DNA from: an uncultured Candidatus Saccharibacteria bacterium | GTDB taxonomy: Bacteria > Patescibacteriota > Saccharimonadia > Saccharimonadales > Saccharimonadaceae | Assembly: GCA_963528615.1 (NCBI GenBank) | Contig: CAURVB010000001.1 | Coordinates: forward strand, 7,203-71,202 | Length of the DNA stretch: 64,000 nt | Reading direction: 5' to 3' | The notes under the pieces: generated by a model | Told to the model about the DNA's origin: nothing | The model's database searches: none | What the model saw: the letters and a program-made list of their open reading frames with translations, nothing else | Position numbers and translations under genes: made by a program | Shown here: positions 57,546-64,000 of the stretch, piece after piece | Layout: every line of letters starts with the position of its first letter | Position numbering within the stretch: position 1 is the first letter of the stretch

Positions 57546-58190
57546 ATGAAATACACGCAGCGACGCAATTCATTTTCTCGATTTGTACCCATTTTATTAG
57601 TGATTGTCATTACCATTGTAGCGGTAGCGGCGGTTATTGCAATTGGTCGGGCGCTGTTTGGCGGAAACGAATCAGATCAAAAGGATAAAAATATTAATGC
57701 CGGTCAGATTGCGCTGCTATCAACAGACGAAGGGCGAGCTGTGCGCCTGACGGTTCGTGGGCCAATTGTAGCAAACGAGAATTTTCGCTCATATAGTGTT
57801 ATAGTTTCGCCAAGCTCTCGGCAAATAACGACGTATGAGGGCTACTTGGATAAAGAGATTAGTCAGAAAAAATTGAATAATAACGTAAAAGCCTATACAG
57901 AATTAGTTTACGCGCTGGATAAGCGGAAGATGATGAATGGAACACAATTGACAGAGCAGCAGAACGACTTACGTGGTATTTGCGCGAGTGGCAAAGTATA
58001 TAAGTTTGAAACATTGAGCGATAATTCAGTTGTGAAGAGTTTATGGACGTCGGATTGTAGTGGCTCTAAAGGCTCAGCGCAGGCAAATGTCAATGAAATT
58101 TTGGATATGTTTTTGAAGCAAATTCCTGAAGGCAAGAAGATGGTTGCTGGTATTGGCTTGGGCCAGGAAGAGGCCTTGTTTAAGCTGTAG
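57546..58190 (+). CDS. Hypothetical single-TM protein
   Basis: 214-aa ORF, N-terminal TM, one Cys pair. Confidence 0.7.
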   Translation: MKYTQRRNSFSRFVPILLVIVITIVAVAAVIAIGRALFGGNESDQKDKNINAGQIALLSTDEGRAVRLTVRGPIVANENFRSYSVIVSPSSRQITTYEGYLDKEISQKKLNNNVKAYTELVYALDKRKMMNGTQLTEQQNDLRGICASGKVYKFETLSDNSVVKSLWTSDCSGSKGSAQANVNEILDMFLKQIPEGKKMVAGIGLGQEEALFKL

Positions 58191-58199
58191 GAGTACTGT

Positions 58200-59078
58200 A
58201 TGCCGGAACTTCCTGAAGTCGAGACGGTTCGCCGCGGTTTGGCGGAGTTATTGCCGGGCCGAGTGGTGGCGCGAGCGATGGTGTTTGATTCGCCGAAGAG
58301 TTTTCCGAATGCGCCTAGTGACGTCGAACAATTTTTATACGGTGCGCGCGTGACGGCGGTGCGGCGGCGGGCGAAGGTGTTGATGATTGATCTGGACACT
58401 CGCTACTCGCTGGTGGTGCATTTGAAGATGACGGGTCAGCTTATTTTTCGTGGAGCGCAGAGTTTTGCTGGCGGCCACCCGAACGATAGCTTGATCGGCG
58501 AGCTGCCAGATCGGTCGACGCGGGTGCAAATTGAGTTTAGCGATGGGTCGCGGCTATTTTTCAATGATCAGCGCAAGTTTGGCTGGGTGAAGTTGCTGCC
58601 GACTGATGAGGTGAAGAACTTGCCGTTCATGCAAAAAGTTGGGCCGGAACCGCTTGATCCTCAGACGCGCACCGAAGATTTCATCCAGCGGATTCGCCGC
58701 CGCCAAAATTCAATGATCAAGCCAGCGTTTCTTGACCAGGCAGTGATCGCCGGGGTTGGTAATATTTATGCTGACGAAGCACTGTGGGCGGCACGTATTC
58801 ATCCGCAAACGCGGGTGAAAAATGTTAGCGACCAGCAGCTGAATATATTATTTAATGAGCTGCGGCAAATATTGCAACTCAGTATTGACCAGGGCGGCTC
58901 GACTGATAGGAATTACGTTGATGCCGAGGGTCGAAAGGGGAATTATCTGACATTTGCTCGTGTGTTTCGCCGCGAAGGTCAGGCTTGCCATCGCCACCCC
59001 GACCAAGAAATCATCAAGCTAAAAATCGGCGGCCGTGGTACGCATGTGTGCCCAGTCTGTCAGGTGGAGGTTGAATGA
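58200..59078 (+). CDS. mutM: Formamidopyrimidine-DNA glycosylase
   Basis: MPELPEVE, HL.MTG, D.RKFG, GVGNIYADE.L, C-terminal CPVCQ. Confidence 0.96.
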   Translation: MPELPEVETVRRGLAELLPGRVVARAMVFDSPKSFPNAPSDVEQFLYGARVTAVRRRAKVLMIDLDTRYSLVVHLKMTGQLIFRGAQSFAGGHPNDSLIGELPDRSTRVQIEFSDGSRLFFNDQRKFGWVKLLPTDEVKNLPFMQKVGPEPLDPQTRTEDFIQRIRRRQNSMIKPAFLDQAVIAGVGNIYADEALWAARIHPQTRVKNVSDQQLNILFNELRQILQLSIDQGGSTDRNYVDAEGRKGNYLTFARVFRREGQACHRHPDQEIIKLKIGGRGTHVCPVCQVEVE

Positions 59079-59974
59079 TTCATCTTCTCTACGGCGATAA
59101 CGAATTTGAGAAACAGGCGGCGTTGGTAGCTCTGGTTGGTGATGCGGATGTTGTGCGGTATGATGGCGAGGAATTAACGCTGGCGGATATGCAGGAAATA
59201 ACGATTGGTCAGACATTGTTTACGCAGTCTTCGGTGTACGTCATCTCGAAATTGAGCGAAAATTCTGATATTTGGCCACGGCTACCAGAGATATCGTTTG
59301 ATGAAGATAAAACCATTGTCCTAATGGAGAATAAACTTGATAAGCGAACAAAAACCTATAAATGGCTACAAAAAACTGCCAAAACTCAAGAATTTTTGCC
59401 ACTCGGTGACCGCCAGAAGCCGCAACTTATCACCTGGTGTGAAATGCAGGCCCGTGAGCGCGGTTATAAGCTGACGCGTAAGCAAATAGGGACACTGCTC
59501 GACCGTTTGGGGTTTGACCAGTTGCGACTCAGTAATTTTTTGGATCAATTGGCGCTAGTGAAGGAGGTTACTGACGAACTAATCGACCAGTTAGTACCGT
59601 TGGCGAGGTCAGAAAACGTGTTTGATTTGTTTATCGCTGCTTTGTCAAAGGATTATGAAACGGTGCACAACATCATCAGCTATTTGGAGTCGGAAAGTGG
59701 CGTAGACGGCGCCTACCAGACGATGGGACTATTGGCGTCACAGGCGACCAATGTGACGGCATTGGTGCTGGCAGGTGGTGACAATAAAACGGTGGCAGCC
59801 GATTTATCGGTCAATCCATATGTATTGCAGCGCTTGTCCTCGTCAGCTCGAACCATTGACATTGAACATCTCAGGCCGATCAACGATGCGTTGTTTCAGG
59901 CAGACCTTCAGATGAAAACGACTGGGATTAATCCGTGGCTGTTGATAGAGGCGGCTTTAGTCCAGGTTGGGTAG
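59075..59974 (+). CDS. holA: DNA polymerase III delta subunit
   Basis: HLLYG.N.F, LF, KLDKRTK.YK.L, NVFDL, D..MKT. Confidence 0.75.
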   Translation: MIHLLYGDNEFEKQAALVALVGDADVVRYDGEELTLADMQEITIGQTLFTQSSVYVISKLSENSDIWPRLPEISFDEDKTIVLMENKLDKRTKTYKWLQKTAKTQEFLPLGDRQKPQLITWCEMQARERGYKLTRKQIGTLLDRLGFDQLRLSNFLDQLALVKEVTDELIDQLVPLARSENVFDLFIAALSKDYETVHNIISYLESESGVDGAYQTMGLLASQATNVTALVLAGGDNKTVAADLSVNPYVLQRLSSSARTIDIEHLRPINDALFQADLQMKTTGINPWLLIEAALVQVG

Positions 59975-60059
59975 CTGTAAGATTATCGAAAGTATTGATT
60001 TTATTTTGATAGTAAGTATAATAATCTTCACGTTGTAATATAGAGGAGTTTGAAGAAAG

Positions 60060-60827
60060 ATGGGTAGGTTACCTAAAGGAGAAGGCTTACATGATCGTAG
60101 CGATCGTCATGATAACCCTAGGTCTTTTTTGGGGTGCGCTGCAGTAGCAGCATTTTTGACTGGAGGTATTTTCATAGGTTCCATAAATGACTATCCTGAA
60201 GAGCCACATGGCATACCCCCAGCGACAACTTCATCAGAACAATCGGCCAGTGTGCCAAGCGAATTTCCAGTTAGGCCAGAGCGAAAGGCTGAAATTGACG
60301 AAAAGGCTAAAAATATATTACAAGATGAATACTGGAGGGGATATACTGGAACTGACGCTTACACTGGCACTGATACATATGGATCTCTGGTTAGTTATTT
60401 TTATACTGAAGACGGAAAGCACATGACAGAGGTTGCTGTTTATAATGCAAGTACGGTAGAAAATGAGTCGGTATTAAAGGCAAAAATAACAAAAAGAGAT
60501 ATAAAGAGTGGAGGATGGAAAACTACATCAGAACTTTTGCTTACGTTTGATGTTAAAGATTCGTCTGTAAGAAAAGAGACTCCTATGACAACCACCAGCC
60601 TAGAGGAGTCTTTGGGTGCTGGACTGAGTCTTACTGAGGTGTCTAACTTAGACCATAAAGGCGGAAAGATTGTAGTAGTGACCTTTAATAAAGATGGAAC
60701 GATCTCTGTTGAAGAGGGGCAAGGAGTGGTGATTAATGGTAGTATGGAGTTTGATAGTACAAATTTACATAAGGTCAGTGACCCAGTTAAGGCCCAGTTT
60801 TTGGCTAAAGGAGTATTGGATAGTTAG
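60060..60827 (+). CDS. AT-rich orphan single-TM protein
   Basis: GAGGAG RBS, TM segment, Pro/Ser/Thr linker. Confidence 0.6.
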   Translation: MGRLPKGEGLHDRSDRHDNPRSFLGCAAVAAFLTGGIFIGSINDYPEEPHGIPPATTSSEQSASVPSEFPVRPERKAEIDEKAKNILQDEYWRGYTGTDAYTGTDTYGSLVSYFYTEDGKHMTEVAVYNASTVENESVLKAKITKRDIKSGGWKTTSELLLTFDVKDSSVRKETPMTTTSLEESLGAGLSLTEVSNLDHKGGKIVVVTFNKDGTISVEEGQGVVINGSMEFDSTNLHKVSDPVKAQFLAKGVLDS

Positions 60828-60851
60828 GCTTTGTACTATGCCTATTACTCA

Positions 60852-60885
60852 TAAAAACACCCCAGTAAACTCTGGGGTGTTTTTA
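60852..60885. terminator. Bidirectional terminator
   Basis: TAAAAACACCCCAG-TAAACT-CTGGGGTGTTTTTA. Confidence 0.85.
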
Positions 60886-60899
60886 ACAATTCTCGCAAA

Positions 60900-61274
60900 T
60901 TATTTTTCAGTTTTCTTAGCTGCTGGCTTTTTTGCTGGAGCTTTCTTTGTGGCAGCTGGTTTTTTCGTAGCAGCTGTCTTCTTGGCCGGGGCGGCTTTTA
61001 CAGCCGGCTTTTTAGCGGCAGTTTCCAGCTTAACGCCAGCTTCCTTGGCAATTTTGCTCAATGCACTTTTACGACGAGCAGCGGTATTTTTCTTAATCAG
61101 ACCTTTTTTAACGGCTGTATCAATTTCACTTTGAGCAGTAGCAAGAGTTTTAGCGCTTGGCGCTGCGATAAAAGCTTTAACAGCAGTCTTAACGTCTTTT
61201 TTAATGCCGATATTGCGCTCGCGACGTTTTAAGGTTTGCTTAGCGCGCTTAATGGCGGATTTGATAATTGGCAT
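60900..61274 (-). CDS. rpsT: 30S ribosomal protein S20 with Lys/Ala/Pro-rich tail
   Basis: KSAIKRAKQ, ID.AVKKG.IKKN.AAR.KS. Confidence 0.93.
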   Translation of the reverse strand: MPIIKSAIKRAKQTLKRRERNIGIKKDVKTAVKAFIAAPSAKTLATAQSEIDTAVKKGLIKKNTAARRKSALSKIAKEAGVKLETAAKKPAVKAAPAKKTAATKKPAATKKAPAKKPAAKKTEK

Positions 61275-61431
61275 GTTACTCCTTTACCTCTATAGATTTG
61301 TATCGTTAATCAGGAAGAATTATACAGAAAATGACATAAATTGTAAAGAGGTGGTATAGATATTGACTTTATGGTAGTGCTTATGGTATAGTGATGGAAA
61401 GTATAACTACAAAACAAAAATAGGAAAAATC

Positions 61432-63144
61432 ATGCCAAACGGATCAGCAAAACAGAAAGTAGTCCAAAGCATCAAGGATGTAACTAATATTTTGGTGACG
61501 GTGAGCGCTAGTCCGTCAGTTGACGAATTATCGGCGGCGCTTGGTTTGACGATTTTCCTCAACAAGCTCGGCAAGCATGCCACGGCCGTGTTTAGTGGTG
61601 ACACTCCACCAGCTATCAACTTTCTGAATCCTGATAAAACATTTGAACAGACAGCTGATAGTTTACGTGATTTTATTATTGCTTTAGACAAAGAAAAGGC
61701 TGACCATCTGCGATATAAAGTTGTTGATGATGCGGTGAAGATTTTTATTACGCCATATCGGACGACAATTTCTGATAAAGATTTAGAATTTTCCCAGGGA
61801 GATTACAATGTCGAGTTGGTGCTGGCGTTGAATGTTGAGAATAGCGACAGTATTGATGCGGCGTTGACGGCTCATGGTAAGATTTTGCATGATGCCACAG
61901 TTGTTGCGATAACGGCGGGCAGCGTGAAAAGCGGACTGGGGTCGGTTGATTGGCATGAAAATAATGCAAGTGGCGTGAGCGAGATGGCAATTGAGCTAAT
62001 TGATGATTTGAAAACGCCAAAGGTAACACTGGACGAACAGATGGCGACGGCATTGTTGACGGGAATCGTGGCGGTTACTGAGCGGTTTAGCAATAGTAAT
62101 ACATCATCAAAGGCGATGACCGCGGCGGCAGAACTTATGGCGGCAGGAGCCAATCAGCAGTTGGTAGTGTCAAAGATTGCCGAAAGCGAGGCAGAGGAAA
62201 AGCTACAAGAAATTGAGAAAATTGAAGATAAAAAGCCTGATAAGGAAGAGTCAGCCACAGAAAATCCAGAGAAAATAGAGGATGACGAATCGGAGCAGGC
62301 AAATGGTACGCTGTCGATTAGTCATGAGAAAAAGGGCGATATTGATGAAGTAGCGGCACAAACAGCGAAAGAAAAGCAGGAAGAATCGGCACGGGTCGCC
62401 GCAGAGAAGTTGGCTAGTATTGAGCCAGCTAAGGATGTTGACCAAGCAGATGAGGATCTTAGCAAAAAATTAGTGGCAAAGGAACTGACTTTTGAAGAAA
62501 CTCCGCTAATGGGCGGTACGTTGAATGCAACGACCACACAGGCTGCTGAAGATAAGCAGAAGGAATTGTCCGGTGATCAGAATAAAACAATTTTAACTCA
62601 TAGTAAGCATGTGGGTGATAGTGCGCCGTCATTTGGGGATACGCCGCTGAATGCTGCCATGGGAGTGTCTGATGAGCCGCCGAAGGTTGACCCGTTTGCT
62701 AATACTGCTGGTGAGCAGAAATTGTCTTCTATTCCTGTAGCACCTCTAGCGCCTCAATCAGATGAGTCTATCATTGAGGCTATTGCTAGCGATACTAATA
62801 AATTAAACGCTTCTGGGTTGCCAGCGCCAAATCTAGCCAGTGCGCCAATTGAACCAGCGCCGATTAGCGCACCTTTGCAACCAGGACAAACATTGGCAGA
62901 TGTTGAAAATAGCGTAGCTGGTGCTGCTTTACCGATGCCGCCGGCAGTTCCGGATTTTGGTGCATTGCCACCGCTTCCACCAGCACCGACAGGAGTTGAT
63001 ACAACAGGAGTGCCTCAGATTGCACCATTAGGGGTAACGCCCGAGCCGGTAGCTGCGCCGCCAATCTCGGCAATGCCAACTCAGCCAGTTCAGAGCGCGG
63101 GGGAGTTTAACCCAGCACAATTCCAGATTCCAGGGCAAAAATAG
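61432..63144 (+). CDS. Degenerate DHH/NrnA-fold protein with long acidic, Pro-rich C-terminal region
   Basis: PS.D.L.AALGL, ATALLTGIV..T.RF.N..T; catalytic DxD and DHH motifs missing. Confidence 0.7.
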   Translation: MPNGSAKQKVVQSIKDVTNILVTVSASPSVDELSAALGLTIFLNKLGKHATAVFSGDTPPAINFLNPDKTFEQTADSLRDFIIALDKEKADHLRYKVVDDAVKIFITPYRTTISDKDLEFSQGDYNVELVLALNVENSDSIDAALTAHGKILHDATVVAITAGSVKSGLGSVDWHENNASGVSEMAIELIDDLKTPKVTLDEQMATALLTGIVAVTERFSNSNTSSKAMTAAAELMAAGANQQLVVSKIAESEAEEKLQEIEKIEDKKPDKEESATENPEKIEDDESEQANGTLSISHEKKGDIDEVAAQTAKEKQEESARVAAEKLASIEPAKDVDQADEDLSKKLVAKELTFEETPLMGGTLNATTTQAAEDKQKELSGDQNKTILTHSKHVGDSAPSFGDTPLNAAMGVSDEPPKVDPFANTAGEQKLSSIPVAPLAPQSDESIIEAIASDTNKLNASGLPAPNLASAPIEPAPISAPLQPGQTLADVENSVAGAALPMPPAVPDFGALPPLPPAPTGVDTTGVPQIAPLGVTPEPVAAPPISAMPTQPVQSAGEFNPAQFQIPGQK

Positions 63145-63147
63145 TTG

Positions 63148-63804
63148 ATGGATGAAGTCATTCTTATCGATAAGCCACAAGGTTTGACTAGCTTTGGGGT
63201 GGTAGCGCGCCTGCGGCGAGTTTTATCAAATCAGGCGGGCAAGAAAGTAAAAGTTGGCCACACGGGCACGCTTGATCCGTTCGCTACGGGATTAATGATT
63301 ATTGTGACAGGAAAGAAGTGTCGGGAGGCTGAAATATTTACCAAGCTAGATAAATGGTATGAGGCGGAAATTATCTTAGGAAAGAAAAGCTCGACGGGTG
63401 ACCCTGAGGGTCAAATTACCGAAGTATCTGATTATAAGCCGAGTTTAGAGGAGATTCAGCAGGCAATTAGTCAGTTTGTTGGGAAAATTGAGCAGACCCC
63501 GCCGATTTTTAGCGCAATAAAAATTAACGGTCAGCGAGCTTATAAATTGGCACGCGAAGGGAAGCAAGTGGAGATTCCGAAGCGTACGGTGGAAATTTAT
63601 TCATTGGAACTATTATCCTATGAATATCCTAAATTAAGAATTAGAACTCACGTTTCTAGCGGAACTTATATCCGAACATTAGCGGTGGATATTGGCGAGA
63701 AACTAGGGACGGGTGCGTATTGCGAGAATTTGCGGCGCACGCAAATAGCCGATTATTCTGTTAAGATGGCGAAGACTTTGGCGGATTTTGGGATTACTAG
63801 CTAA
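63148..63804 (+). CDS. truB: tRNA pseudouridine-55 synthase
   Basis: DKP.G.TS, KVGHTGTLDPFATG, PP.FSAIK..G.RAY, SSGTYIR.LA. Confidence 0.96.
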   Translation: MDEVILIDKPQGLTSFGVVARLRRVLSNQAGKKVKVGHTGTLDPFATGLMIIVTGKKCREAEIFTKLDKWYEAEIILGKKSSTGDPEGQITEVSDYKPSLEEIQQAISQFVGKIEQTPPIFSAIKINGQRAYKLAREGKQVEIPKRTVEIYSLELLSYEYPKLRIRTHVSSGTYIRTLAVDIGEKLGTGAYCENLRRTQIADYSVKMAKTLADFGITS

Positions 63805-63842
63805 TTGCAAAAAGCTGAGTAACTTGGTATAATTACAAGGCT

Positions 63843-64000
63843 ATGATTAGCAAAGATAATAAAGCGAAAGCAATTGCTTTGACTCAGGTCAATAAAAACG
63901 ACGTCGGTAGCCCACAGGCTCAGGTGTCGGTTTTAACGGCTCGTATCAAAGAGGTCACGGAGCATTTGAAGGCGAATAAGCACGACTTCATGGCGCGCCG
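63843..64000 (+). CDS. rpsO: 30S ribosomal protein S15 (partial)
   Basis: Own translation: ...NDVGSPQAQVSVLTARIKEVTEHLKANKHDFMAR. Confidence 0.92.
   Translation, partial: MISKDNKAKAIALTQVNKNDVGSPQAQVSVLTARIKEVTEHLKANKHDFMAR

Noticed and set aside
60342..60383. Short YTGTD(A/T) duplication in the orphan protein
   Set aside because: Only two degenerate 18-bp copies; too little to infer function.

Overview
Chromosomal segment of a small, gene-dense genome. It is most likely Candidatus Saccharibacteria (TM7/CPR), inferred from the PrgI/VirB4/VirB6 plus TrbC/VirB2 pilin type IV secretion locus, short housekeeping proteins and tight gene packing. 1-19 kb: T4SS locus with two peptidoglycan hydrolases, two VirB6-like paralogues, a Fic gene and a lipoprotein next to tRNA-Asp, and six tandem pilins (a seventh at 21.7 kb). 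19-64 kb: mostly housekeeping genes (hsp20, comF, rlmH, valS, femX-like, tsaD, murE/F, CIRCE-groESL, pgi/pmi, ABC transporter, folC, nrdAB, argS, mscL, pyrH, orn, dnaG-rpoD, polA, mutM, holA, rpsT, truB, rpsO), interspersed with AT-rich orphan genes. The window holds six tRNAs in total. The most striking observation is in the ribonucleotide reductase locus. NrdA has all active-site residues but no C-terminal redox cysteine pair. An unannotated 57-aa ORF downstream, preceded by the same paired NrdR-type boxes, ends in ICDGCE, which suggests the cysteine shuttle tail is supplied in trans. NrdB has class Ic (Mn/Fe, tyrosyl-radical-free) signatures, and the operon also holds a 37-aa microprotein and a flavin-binding-fold protein. 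Other oddities are a structured in-frame insertion in tsaD, two genes with in-frame stops just after their start, tRNA-Arg(GCG), a tandem palindrome before fic, and widespread leaderless-type promoters.
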